This document shows positions 39,362 through 48,212 of a stretch of 64,000 bases of DNA, in pieces. Under the pieces are notes generated by a model that was given only the letters and a program-made list of their open reading frames with translations, was not told where the DNA came from and made no database searches. The position numbers were made by a program, and so were the translations under genes. The stretch is taken from assembly GCA_013376995.1 (NCBI GenBank), contig JACAAZ010000015.1:47695-111694 (forward strand), in the 5' to 3' direction. Position 1 is the first letter of the stretch. Every line of letters starts with the position of its first letter. The stretch is from Bacteroidota bacterium (GTDB lineage: Bacteria > Bacteroidota > Bacteroidia > Bacteroidales > UBA4417).

Positions 39362-39705
39362 TCGTGAGAATTGTCTTGCGTATTAATATCCAAAAACCTG
39401 AGAGCCAAGATTTAGCTAGTGCATTCCATGATGTTCAAGTGAACGACCAAGTTACAACAGTGTTAACCGACGAAACAAAATGTTTTATTAACAATATTTA
39501 ATTTAGGAAGTGTTAAATAGCTGGTAAACAGAACGTAAAAATCTTAATAACTAGTGAAACCCTTGGTAATCCATCAAATCAGAATGCCTGACAATAGGGC
39601 GTTGTAAGAATATGAATATATAGCACAAATGTCAAACAATAATCACTATTTGATGGCTTTATAAAGTTCTCCCTACATAGTTAGCTGTATTTCTGCTGGT
39701 TAAGA

Positions 39706-40143
39706 TTAACCCCTGCTCTTGTCCCAAATAAGTTTTACCCCAAAACCAAGTTGGTTATGGGTCATCTTAATAAAGTCCAATTTTATACCCCAAAGCACCA
39801 AATTATTCAGGAGAGCAATCGGGAACTTCGTAACATATGCCTTATGAGCAATGTCGTATCCTTCATCCTTCAATTCGAATACTTCACCAGTAAATTGAAT
39901 CCCCTGTATCCTGCCAACAATAAGTGTTTCAAGTGCGATTGCTCCTGATACAAGAGGTTGTAAGGTCATCTCGCGGGTATGGCGTGTATCATAATCAGAA
40001 GTAAAAATTATGGTATTTGAAGCTTCCTGGTAAACATAAAAGCAAGTGCAGGTATAGGGTTTGTTACCTGATGAGGTTGCCAGGGTGAAGACATGATGTT
40101 TTTTTATGAACTTTACGATGCGTGGGTCGATGGGGTTGGTCAT
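39706..40143 (-). CDS. yhbP: YhbP/UPF0306 family protein (pyridoxamine 5'-phosphate oxidase-like fold)
   Basis: 145 aa. Collinear with E. coli YhbP as I recall it: IQGIQFTGEV, AHKAYVTKFPIA, LWGIKLDFIKMTHNQLGFGVKLIW. Confidence 0.7.
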   Translation of the reverse strand: MTNPIDPRIVKFIKKHHVFTLATSSGNKPYTCTCFYVYQEASNTIIFTSDYDTRHTREMTLQPLVSGAIALETLIVGRIQGIQFTGEVFELKDEGYDIAHKAYVTKFPIALLNNLVLWGIKLDFIKMTHNQLGFGVKLIWDKSRG

Positions 40144-40289
40144 GGGGGTTTACTTTTTTGAGGGAGGGGGCTTCGACAAGCTCAGCCTGACTATGGGGTG
40201 CTTCGGCAAGCTCAGCAGGGCGCTTCGGCAGGCTCAGCGGGTACAGGCCCTTCACCAGCCTTCCCCGAGGGGAAGGGCCAGGGAGGTGG
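40144..40289. repeat. GC-rich intercistronic repeat element: three copies of a 17-nt motif plus an 8-bp palindrome
   Basis: GCTTCGRCARGCTCAGC occurs at 40170-40186, 40200-40216 and 40222-40238. The palindrome CCTTCCCC-GA-GGGGAAGG lies at 40259-40276. The element fills the whole gap between the tauE-like stop and the yhbP start. Confidence 0.8.
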
Positions 40290-40658
40290 TTAGCTTTTGA
40301 TGATCATTCTTACAGCGATAGCGATGAGGGCGAAACCGAAAATCTTTTTTACTGTTGACACAGGTAAATTCAGTGCGATCTTGGATCCGAAGTAGCCTCC
40401 TAAAGTGAAAGCAATAGCAATGATAAGAGCGTATTTGAAGTTCAGCTGGCCGGACTTGTAGTAATTAAGGACGGCAAACAATCCTACAGGCGGAAGCATT
40501 ACGGCCAGGCTGGTTCCCTGGGCTTCAATCTGTGACATCCCCAAAAAATAGACCATGGCAGGGATCATGATGACCCCGCCTCCCAATCCAACCATACCAC
40601 CGAACACACCGGCAGCAAGACCGATCAGTAATAGAATTCCGAGAACCTGTAAACTCAT
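40290..40658 (-). CDS. half-size TauE/SafE (TSUP) family membrane protein
   Basis: 122 aa with four TM helices. GLAAGVFGGMVGLGGGVIMIP is a typical TSUP N-terminal repeat motif. Only one of the usual two 4-TM repeats is present. Confidence 0.7.
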   Translation of the reverse strand: MSLQVLGILLLIGLAAGVFGGMVGLGGGVIMIPAMVYFLGMSQIEAQGTSLAVMLPPVGLFAVLNYYKSGQLNFKYALIIAIAFTLGGYFGSKIALNLPVSTVKKIFGFALIAIAVRMIIKS

Positions 40659-40702
40659 GGTTTTAAAAATTTAGTAGGTTATTAAACGGTATTCCCCAAT
40701 CC

Positions 40703-43700
40703 TTAAAAATCGAGGCTGAGTGAAAGATAAAACTGCCTGGGCTGAATCACGTTGTCTTCAATTCCCCAGGACCAGTCAGCGCGTACAAAATACCCCAGCA
40801 AACTGCTTCTGAGTCCAAACCCATAGCCTGCAACAAGCGGGCTTTTCTGCACCTGAACTGTGACATACAAAGGCGGGCGGTAGATATATTGTGTAAAGAA
40901 TGTATTTTCCTGCGTAGTAGGATCCATGCCTTTCCAGGCTGCACCCATATCATAAAATCCAACGACCTGGAAATTATTCAGGAAATCCGATTTAATTGGC
41001 CTGTTAAAGAAATACTTGAATACAGGAAACCTCAGTTCTGAATTCAACAAAGCAAATGAGTTTCCAGAGCGTACATTCTGTTTGAACCCTCTCATGTTTG
41101 TCGCAAGGGTCTGAAAGGCATAATTCTGCGTGTAATCAATGTTGTTGTTCTGGTCAAAGCCTGGTATAAGCCAGTTATCAACCCCACCAAGGTAATAGAG
41201 CAACTTGCTTTTCCCAAAAGACGTACTGCCGGCTATCCTGTTCGCCCAAATGAATGTGCGGTGAATACGCGTATAATGCCTGAAATCAAAACCCACAACT
41301 GCCATATTGGTCCAGTCATTCGCAATAAGCCGGTAGTACTCTGCAAAAATCTTGAAACGCATTCCCTGGTATAGATTGGTTCCCAGTTCGCGGGTATTGT
41401 CATAAACGGCTTCTCCTTTCAGAATGCTCCAGCAGTTATTAACATCCTTCATCTTTGCTGTTGCCTGGTCCTGTGCCAAGACAATTGCCTTATCATACTG
41501 CATTGTTATCGTACTTTTCAAGGCAAATACTTCTGTAAATGGGTAACGCAGGATATAATGCAGTTCGTGTATCTTATGTTTGACATTGGCATTGGAATAG
41601 GCAACATCAAAGGAACTCCTGTGGAAATATATCTCCCTGTCGGTCCGATGTTTGAGATTGGAAAAACCAAGCAGGTATTCATTGTTTGTCAGGTCTGTAT
41701 TTAACCTTACACCACCAATGATACGAAAATCTTCAAGAAGATCTGTTGTACCTATTGTAAAGAGAGCATTAGTTGGGGGATTCTGGAACACCGGGCCTGC
41801 ATAGCCGATGAATGGCTGGTAGCTCATGTTGAGATAGGAAAAATCCAACTGGCTGATAAGCTGGTTAATCGAGTACTCAACATTATAGTTCCGGGGTTTG
41901 GGTGGTTTAGAGAGCTCTGTGGCAGGAACCAGCCTTCCAAATTTATCTTCCTTCATCAATCCGGTTACAGGATTTTGCTGGCCGATCCTGGACAACTGGT
42001 AATTGTTGATATCGATCCTGGTACTGTCTTTCATCTGCCCGGACAGATCTTCCTGGTATACATTAACAAATCGTTTTTTCCTGACCTCTGCCTTGGTTGT
42101 TTTCTTTTGCTTTGCTTTTGCTGCAGCAGCTTTTTTAGCTTCTTCTTCCTGCTTTTGCATGAACGAAGTTTTTGAAAGGTTGACAGATGCAGAAGCAAGG
42201 TCGGGCAAATCATTCAGATAGATGTTATACCTGTTATTTTCAAAAACCAACTCAGCAGTTTTACCTCCAATGGGACTTATATCCTGCGACAGAATGCTCC
42301 TTGAGTGATTGCTGACAGGAAATGCCCTGGCAAAATAGCGGTAATGGACTGCAGTATCCACATATGATATTACGCTGTCGAAGCGGGCAACATAGCGATT
42401 GTAAACTCCATTTGCATCGCTGAGGTAGGTAAAATATCCGGGTTGATAGGACATTGCCTGGGTTTCATTTGACAAAGGAGTCCTGGCAATTCGGTTCAGT
42501 ATCTTGCTTTTACTTGCAACATCATAAACAAAAAGGTCATTGTTTTCCATGCCGTCATAGGTTTCTCCGTCATCGTGTGTAAAACGGAGCGTATCATCGG
42601 GACGGTTTGAACTGAATATAATCTTGCTGCTTTTCTGAAGAAAATGAGGATTGAGGTCATTATAGGAGTCGCGGGTAACAGGAACGACTGTATTGGCTGC
42701 AATGTTATAGAGGTATATATCAGACTGCCCTTTTTGAACCGCTGACATAACAAAAGATCTGCCATCAGGTGAATAGGAAAAATCGAGGATTTTTTGAAAG
42801 CCATAAATGTTCTGATGAATCCACCTCCGGGTTTCCATATCATAGAAATAGAGGAATATCAAACCCTTTGATTCAATGATCATGGCTAATCGCTGACCGG
42901 AAGGGTGCCATGCTAACAAAGGGTAGGAATAATCGACTTTTTCGGCCAGGCGGAAGCCTTTCCTGAATATCCGCTTCTGCTTTCCGGTTTTTGTATTGTA
43001 GAGGAACACCTTGTACAATCCGTAATCGTTAGAGGTGTATGCCAGCTGATCGGCATCTGCGCTAAGCTTGACCCGGTCATAAACCCGGTCCTTTTTGATT
43101 CGCACTTTTACCTTGCTCCCATAATCCGTGAATGACTGCTTATCCTGCTGATCATACAAATCCTTGTACCAGGCTTCCCATTCCTTGATAAGGGTTTTAA
43201 AGGAGACCCCAAGAACATAAAGGAAGCCGCTTTCAACGCTCCTGTTCACCCGGGTCATGTATATAATGTTGGAGATATTCTCAGCACCGTATTTTTCGGC
43301 AATGAACTGCCAGATAGACCTTCCGGCATAAACAGCATCGGAACCTGAAAGGTGGTTGAACTTTTGGAAGCGGCCAGTAAGGATACCGTCCTTAACAATA
43401 TTATCAAGCTCAGTATCCCAATTACGGCTGTAGTAGGATACGAGTCCATCGCTATACCAGCCTGGCAGGTTGATGAGGGTATTGTTTTTTATCTGGGATC
43501 CGATGGATTCACCGTAAATGATACCATCGAGCATAATACGTGTAAGGCCTGCGCGGATTTGCTGGTCGAAATTGTTAAGATTGCCATCGAAATAGAGGAA
43601 AATCTTGTGGCCAACAATGTGAGTAATGCCGCCTGTGTTGTACTGGGTATTGTTAAGCAGGCCTATATTGCTCTGCCTCAGGTCACTGTAATTGTTATAT

Positions 43701-44005
43701 ACTATAAACTGTATCTTGTTATCGAGGGAAGTCTCGAGTTTCTTTTCGATATCGGGGATAAACTTTCGGGCATATTCGGCTGTATGCAGAGCCAGTTCCT
43801 TTCCATTCAGGTAGTAGTAAACGTCGATGTTGTTAAAACGGTAGTAAGACCAAATATTTTCGGTGTACTGCACCCTGTTTTTACCGAAAGTAAGTTGGGA
43901 ACCATTGTAGAACTGGGCTTTAAGGGGGAAATAGCAAATGATGGAAAGCAGCAGGATAAGTGCTTTGAAGCTGTTTTTCCCGTTCCGACCCATAGTAGAA
44001 AGCAT
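40703..44005 (-). CDS. large outer-membrane protein: N-terminal globular region, PD40/TolB-like beta-propeller repeats, K/A-rich linker, C-terminal Omp85-like beta-barrel
   Basis: 1100 aa with a signal peptide. PD40-like segments: LAWHPSGQRLAMI, FSYSPDGRSFVMSAVQKGQSDIYLY, NPHFLQKSSKIIFSSNRPDD. Linker QKQEEEAKKAAAAKAKQKKTTKAEVRKKR. The C-terminal barrel ends YLSLSLDF, with a terminal aromatic residue. Confidence 0.55.
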   Translation of the reverse strand: MLSTMGRNGKNSFKALILLLSIICYFPLKAQFYNGSQLTFGKNRVQYTENIWSYYRFNNIDVYYYLNGKELALHTAEYARKFIPDIEKKLETSLDNKIQFIVYNNYSDLRQSNIGLLNNTQYNTGGITHIVGHKIFLYFDGNLNNFDQQIRAGLTRIMLDGIIYGESIGSQIKNNTLINLPGWYSDGLVSYYSRNWDTELDNIVKDGILTGRFQKFNHLSGSDAVYAGRSIWQFIAEKYGAENISNIIYMTRVNRSVESGFLYVLGVSFKTLIKEWEAWYKDLYDQQDKQSFTDYGSKVKVRIKKDRVYDRVKLSADADQLAYTSNDYGLYKVFLYNTKTGKQKRIFRKGFRLAEKVDYSYPLLAWHPSGQRLAMIIESKGLIFLYFYDMETRRWIHQNIYGFQKILDFSYSPDGRSFVMSAVQKGQSDIYLYNIAANTVVPVTRDSYNDLNPHFLQKSSKIIFSSNRPDDTLRFTHDDGETYDGMENNDLFVYDVASKSKILNRIARTPLSNETQAMSYQPGYFTYLSDANGVYNRYVARFDSVISYVDTAVHYRYFARAFPVSNHSRSILSQDISPIGGKTAELVFENNRYNIYLNDLPDLASASVNLSKTSFMQKQEEEAKKAAAAKAKQKKTTKAEVRKKRFVNVYQEDLSGQMKDSTRIDINNYQLSRIGQQNPVTGLMKEDKFGRLVPATELSKPPKPRNYNVEYSINQLISQLDFSYLNMSYQPFIGYAGPVFQNPPTNALFTIGTTDLLEDFRIIGGVRLNTDLTNNEYLLGFSNLKHRTDREIYFHRSSFDVAYSNANVKHKIHELHYILRYPFTEVFALKSTITMQYDKAIVLAQDQATAKMKDVNNCWSILKGEAVYDNTRELGTNLYQGMRFKIFAEYYRLIANDWTNMAVVGFDFRHYTRIHRTFIWANRIAGSTSFGKSKLLYYLGGVDNWLIPGFDQNNNIDYTQNYAFQTLATNMRGFKQNVRSGNSFALLNSELRFPVFKYFFNRPIKSDFLNNFQVVGFYDMGAAWKGMDPTTQENTFFTQYIYRPPLYVTVQVQKSPLVAGYGFGLRSSLLGYFVRADWSWGIEDNVIQPRQFYLSLSLDF

Positions 44006-44138
44006 CCGTATTCCAGGTTTTTATTTGGCTAGCTAAATTAACAATAATTGAGGTTGCATTGTTGCTATAGGTAAAGGCTGCTGATTAAAAACCAATTCTG
44101 CATATATATTAACAGTGGAGGCCTTAAATCTTTAACTT

Positions 44139-44146
44139 TACGTTTG
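44139..44146 (+). promoter_or_regulatory. candidate -7 promoter element (TAnnTTTG)
   Basis: TACGTTTG lies 25 nt upstream of the ATG at 44171. Confidence 0.45.
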
Positions 44147-44170
44147 CAAAATTAGTATATCTGAGGTGAC

Positions 44171-44806
44171 ATGATTGAGGTTCAAAAGTTCACATTTAAT
44201 CCTTTTGCGGTAAACACTTACGTTGTTTCAGGCAAGAACCGCGAATGCATCATTGTGGATCCTGCCTGTATGGACCATCGGGAGGAAAAAGAACTTTCGT
44301 CCTATATTCATGAGAATCACCTTACGCCGGTGATGATGGTAAATACCCATTTCCACGTAGATCATATTGTTGGAAACAGTTTTGTGTGTGACACTTACGG
44401 CCTCAGGCCGATAGCTCATAAAAACGGTAAGATCTTCTGGGAAACTGCCCGGGAATTTGGCTCTGTCTTCGGCTTGAATATTAAGGAGGTCCGCATTCCT
44501 GAGGAGTTTATTGAAGAGGGAGATGTTTTGATGACAGATGACCTGCAGTTACGTGTGCTATATACCCCCGGTCATGCGGATGGACATATCTGCCTTGTGA
44601 ATGATACTCAGCAGTTTGTAATCACCGGAGATGTCCTTTTCTATGGAAGCATTGGCCGGACAGACCTTCCGACAGGCGATTATGATCTGTTGAAACACAG
44701 TATAGAAGAGAAGCTATTCATCCTTCCGCCGGAATACAAGGTTTTCCCCGGCCATGGCCCTGACACATCAATTGGATATGAGAAATTGAACAACCCATTT
44801 TTGTAA
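44171..44806 (+). CDS. MBL-fold metallo-hydrolase (glyoxalase II-like)
   Basis: 211 aa. NTHFHVDHIVGN (HxHxDH), TPGHADGHICL, GDVLFYGSIGRTDLP, PGHG. Confidence 0.85.
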   Translation: MIEVQKFTFNPFAVNTYVVSGKNRECIIVDPACMDHREEKELSSYIHENHLTPVMMVNTHFHVDHIVGNSFVCDTYGLRPIAHKNGKIFWETAREFGSVFGLNIKEVRIPEEFIEEGDVLMTDDLQLRVLYTPGHADGHICLVNDTQQFVITGDVLFYGSIGRTDLPTGDYDLLKHSIEEKLFILPPEYKVFPGHGPDTSIGYEKLNNPFL

Positions 44807-44939
44807 GCAAATTATTTACATTCAAATATTATCCTTTCCGGATCATTATGAAATTGCAGTTGCGCAAAAATTAGCGGTAATTGTATAAAACGACAAATCA
44901 ACCATTTACCGACAAACAAAAATCATAAAAAACAAAACC

Positions 44940-45317
44940 ATGAAAACGAAAATATTATTTGGAATAAGCCTTCTTTTTGGACTGATGTTCATTAACTCGG
45001 GACTTAATAAATTTTTTAATTACATGCCCATGCCCAAAGACATGCCTGAAAATATGATGAAATTAATGGGCGAGTTTAAGGAAATTGGTTGGCTCCTGCC
45101 GCTGATTGCTGTTGCAGAAATTGTCGGTGGCATACTCTTCATCACCAATAAATTCAGGGCACTTGGAGCAATAGTTATTTTTCCTGTTCTTGTAGGAATA
45201 CTTTTAACTCATCTTTTAATAGCACCCTCAGGTCTGCCAATAGCAATAGCGCTATGGGCAATTGAACTTTGGGTGATTATAGAGAACCGAGATAAATACC
45301 TGCCCATGATTAAATAA
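44940..45317 (+). CDS. DoxX-like membrane protein
   Basis: 125 aa with four TM segments. LNKFFNY, AEIVGGILFITNKFRALGAIV. Confidence 0.6.
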   Translation: MKTKILFGISLLFGLMFINSGLNKFFNYMPMPKDMPENMMKLMGEFKEIGWLLPLIAVAEIVGGILFITNKFRALGAIVIFPVLVGILLTHLLIAPSGLPIAIALWAIELWVIIENRDKYLPMIK

Positions 45318-45545
45318 GCCTAGTTTCGCCTGAAAGCATTTATTCTCCTGCCAGTTTTTTCTGCAGACAACCTTTTCCTACTGACAAATGCACTGGCAAA
45401 CAGTGCACAAAGGCACAAGGAAAAACAACGAACCGTTAACATGAGCTTAGATTCATAGCTTTGTTAAATGCACCGGTCTCCCCAAATGACACAATGCACT
45501 GAACCCCGACCTTTAGCAGCAGGGCTATTCGACTAAAATGTACTA

Positions 45546-46250
45546 ATGAAACAAACATATCAGATAACACAATCAATAAAGCCAATATATATAGACAAGG
45601 AACTACTTAGAGAAATAGAAAACTATTGCTTTAATCAACTTCCGGGATATCTTGAAATTGAGCCACAGGCCTTACGAGAGTGTTACTCCATTTCACTTCT
45701 TGGGAGCACTGGCGAACAAAGAATTGATGGCATTGATAATTATGAACTCAGCACTTTACCGGAGGATATAAAAAAAATTATCATTCGGCTTTACTATCAA
45801 AATAATGAGACGGATTCATTACTCTCAATCCAATATTCATTCGGAGAAGAAAGATTTTCATCCAATTTAACCACAGAGATATTCACAGAAAATGCAAATG
45901 AAAAAGCATTGGTAATTAATGAAAACATATTGAGGATCCTTCATCAAAATAAAACACTAAACTACCTGTTTCACCCTTCTCAAATTCTCCTCACATTATT
46001 AATAGCTATTTGTGCACTAATACCATGTATTGCAGGCTATCAATGGTTTAACAATAAAGAAGCTGCTAAAGTCATATTACTCATTGGGATACCAGCTGCG
46101 GGTTATTATTGGATAGCTCAGCAGCTAAAGCCCTTCTGCTCATTTGATACGAATCGTCAAAAAACAAATGATAAAATATCATATTACTTTCTACTTGGAA
46201 CACTAGGTTTCATCATCATTTCTACAATTTTTACAATTCTGAAAAAATAA
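45546..46250 (+). CDS. hypothetical protein, soluble N-terminal domain plus three C-terminal TM helices
   Basis: 234-aa ORF with hydrophobic segments ILLTLLIAICALIPCIAGY, VILLIGIPAAGYYWI and YYFLLGTLGFIIISTIFTI. I recognise no family. Confidence 0.45.
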   Translation: MKQTYQITQSIKPIYIDKELLREIENYCFNQLPGYLEIEPQALRECYSISLLGSTGEQRIDGIDNYELSTLPEDIKKIIIRLYYQNNETDSLLSIQYSFGEERFSSNLTTEIFTENANEKALVINENILRILHQNKTLNYLFHPSQILLTLLIAICALIPCIAGYQWFNNKEAAKVILLIGIPAAGYYWIAQQLKPFCSFDTNRQKTNDKISYYFLLGTLGFIIISTIFTILKK

Positions 46251-46398
46251 TCCCCTGATAAACTGGTGAATATCTTGAAAACAAATATAAGCCACGCCAT
46301 TAATACGGGTTAAACGAGGTTGGCCTTTCAATTAGGCCTGCCCCTCAATAATAATACCTTGCCCGGACCGGGAATATTAGAAGTGATAAGATAATTTC

Positions 46399-46722
46399 AT
46401 GAGTATAATCAGATTAACCACCTGCTACAATTTCACAGAGGCTAATATGGTAAAAAACCTATTAGCTAATGAGGGTATTGACTGCTTCCTCACGAATGAA
46501 AACTTCACTTCATTAATGCCTGGGTACAATGGTATGCTCGGAGCCGGGATCCAAGTCATGATTGAAGAAAATAATTATGAAGCGGCCAGTAAATTTTTAA
46601 CAAATCAAATAAACCCTGACATAACAAAATGTCCAAAATGCGATTCGGACAATATTTCATTCGGACTTGGTGAGAACAAAACAAAGAAAGTATTGATTGC
46701 AATTTTGTCAGCATTAGCTTGA
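46399..46722 (+). CDS. DUF2007 (putative signal-transducing) domain protein with C-terminal zinc-ribbon half; reading frame continues past an in-frame TGA to 46803
   Basis: The DUF2007 pattern ANMVKNLLANEGIDCFLTNEN...GIQVMIEENNYEAASKFL is followed by KCPKCDSDN. After the TGA at 46720-46722 the same frame reads TPLGNLSGTYYCNNCRHDFKIALDRQ, then TAA at 46801-46803. This supplies the second CxxC. Confidence 0.7.
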   Translation: MSIIRLTTCYNFTEANMVKNLLANEGIDCFLTNENFTSLMPGYNGMLGAGIQVMIEENNYEAASKFLTNQINPDITKCPKCDSDNISFGLGENKTKKVLIAILSALA

Positions 46723-46961
46723 ACTCCCTTGGGTAATTTAAGTGGCACATACTACTGCAATAATTGCAGGCATGATTTTAAAATAGCTTTAGACCGTCAA
46801 TAACAAAGTCTCGTATCAATAGTTGCCAGATTATTTTAGTCATACCGATCTAAAGAGAAACACAATTCGGGCATTCATTAATTAAATTGTTCGGATTTCA
46901 GGCTCACCTTACCTATAATTCAAGCAAATTTGCATGCCATGATAATGCAAATATATAACAG

Positions 46962-47642
46962 ATGAAAATTTTCAAAAAACAATCCGTCCTCCTTACTGTG
47001 TTATTATTCTGTTTGCATTTTGCTTTCGGTCAAACAGGTGAAATTAAAATAAAATTTATCGGGAATTGTGGTTTATACATGACCGATGGAAATTTAAATA
47101 TTTATGTTGACTTCCCGTATAAATCAGGTGCGCATCATTATATGAAGTATAATAAATCCGAAATAGATAGCATAAAAGACAATTCCATCTTTATTTTTAC
47201 GCACAGGCATTCAGACCATTATTCCAGAAAACTTATAAGGAATCCTAAAGGAAATATCTATGGCCCCTGGAGGGTGTCGAAAAAAAGAAAATTGGATTTA
47301 GAAAAGCTCAACAATTCAATCAATGAATTTTCTTTGCAATCCTTTAAAACTTCACATATATTTTCACTACATCATAGCTCCTACCTGATTACCTGGCACA
47401 ATAAAAAAATATTTATTTCCGGTGATACCGGGGATGTAGGACCCATAAGCAAAATAAAAAACATGGACTGGGTGTTTGGGCCTTTCTGGATTTACAGCAA
47501 TGCGATGCAACAAAAGAAGCCCATTGACTCCAAAATGATTGGCATCTTTCATCTTTACCCCGATCAAAAAATAGGTGAAGGATTCCCGGGCAATATTCAT
47601 TTCTTTACACAACAAAATGAAGTAATCTCAATACCATTTTAA
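46962..47642 (+). CDS. MBL-fold metallo-hydrolase with signal peptide
   Basis: 226 aa. Signal MKIFKKQSVLLTVLLFCLHFAFGQ. IFTHRHSDH (HxHxDH). ISGDTGD. Confidence 0.7.
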   Translation: MKIFKKQSVLLTVLLFCLHFAFGQTGEIKIKFIGNCGLYMTDGNLNIYVDFPYKSGAHHYMKYNKSEIDSIKDNSIFIFTHRHSDHYSRKLIRNPKGNIYGPWRVSKKRKLDLEKLNNSINEFSLQSFKTSHIFSLHHSSYLITWHNKKIFISGDTGDVGPISKIKNMDWVFGPFWIYSNAMQQKKPIDSKMIGIFHLYPDQKIGEGFPGNIHFFTQQNEVISIPF

Positions 47643-47736
47643 TTCAGTCTTGCATTAATCCAGCTAAGTTTATGGGTTTGGGCTATCAGTCAAAAAATCA
47701 AAAACTTCTAATACCTCGCGCTAATTAACAGTCTGA

Positions 47737-48195
47737 ATGAACATTAACAGCTATTCATACAGGCTCCTGGGTACTTCAGAACCCTTGGGGCAGCTTCAGA
47801 AGTCGGTAGAAAAGGCATTTCATGCCAGGTCGTTCAAATTGTTCTGGCGCTACTGGAATCCATTGTTAGGCTATATTTTATCAAAATATATTTATAAGCC
47901 ACTCTCTAAAATAATGAGTGATAGGATTTCTACAATTCTTACATTTATTTTTAGTGGTTTGATTTTACATGATTCCTGGTTTATGCCTCTTTGTTACTTC
48001 GTATTTAAAAAACCGGTGTTCTTCCCGGTAACAATTATATTTTTTTGCTTTGGTATTGTTTCGGTAGCAGAAGATTCATTGAAATTAAGAGATCATATCG
48101 AAAATGACAAGGTGCATGTTTTAATCAATATGATTTATATTTTCGGGATCAGTATTGCCGGAGGGTTGATATCAGCTTTAATGTATAAATACTAA
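47737..48195 (+). CDS. short MBOAT_2-like membrane protein (corresponds only to the C-terminal part of MBOAT acyltransferases)
   Basis: SFKLFWRYWNPLLGYILSKYIYKPL resembles the MBOAT motif S..DFW.RRW(H/N)..L..WL+.Y+Y.PL. FSGLILHDSWF resembles LGGLWHGA.W. At 152 aa it is much shorter than typical family members. Confidence 0.4.
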   Translation: MNINSYSYRLLGTSEPLGQLQKSVEKAFHARSFKLFWRYWNPLLGYILSKYIYKPLSKIMSDRISTILTFIFSGLILHDSWFMPLCYFVFKKPVFFPVTIIFFCFGIVSVAEDSLKLRDHIENDKVHVLINMIYIFGISIAGGLISALMYKY

Positions 48196-48212
48196 ACCAA
48201 AAGTCTGCTCAT

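Noticed and set aside
39362-39705. Possible cobalamin riboswitch or other leader element in the 344-nt region upstream of nrdJ.
   Set aside because: I could not find the conserved B12-box core or the expected GC-rich paired regions on the minus strand. The region is AT-rich with no obvious multi-stem structure. Only an Rfam scan could settle this.
40064-40300. ORFs 40064..40255 (-) and 40106..40300 (+) across the GC-rich repeat element.
   Set aside because: Strings such as FDKLSLT, LRQAQ and AELVEA are the typical artefactual translations of this kind of intergenic repeat. One of the ORFs also overlaps the yhbP start.
46720-46769. Selenocysteine or genetic-code reassignment as the explanation for the in-frame TGA.
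   Set aside because: The only nearby hairpin (CTGCAA-TAA-TTGCAG, 46755-46769) is small and starts more than 30 nt after the TGA, unlike a bacterial SECIS. The codon also lies in a hydrophobic segment, where Trp is more plausible. TGA clearly terminates queG and 22833..23726, so code 4 or 25 is unlikely.
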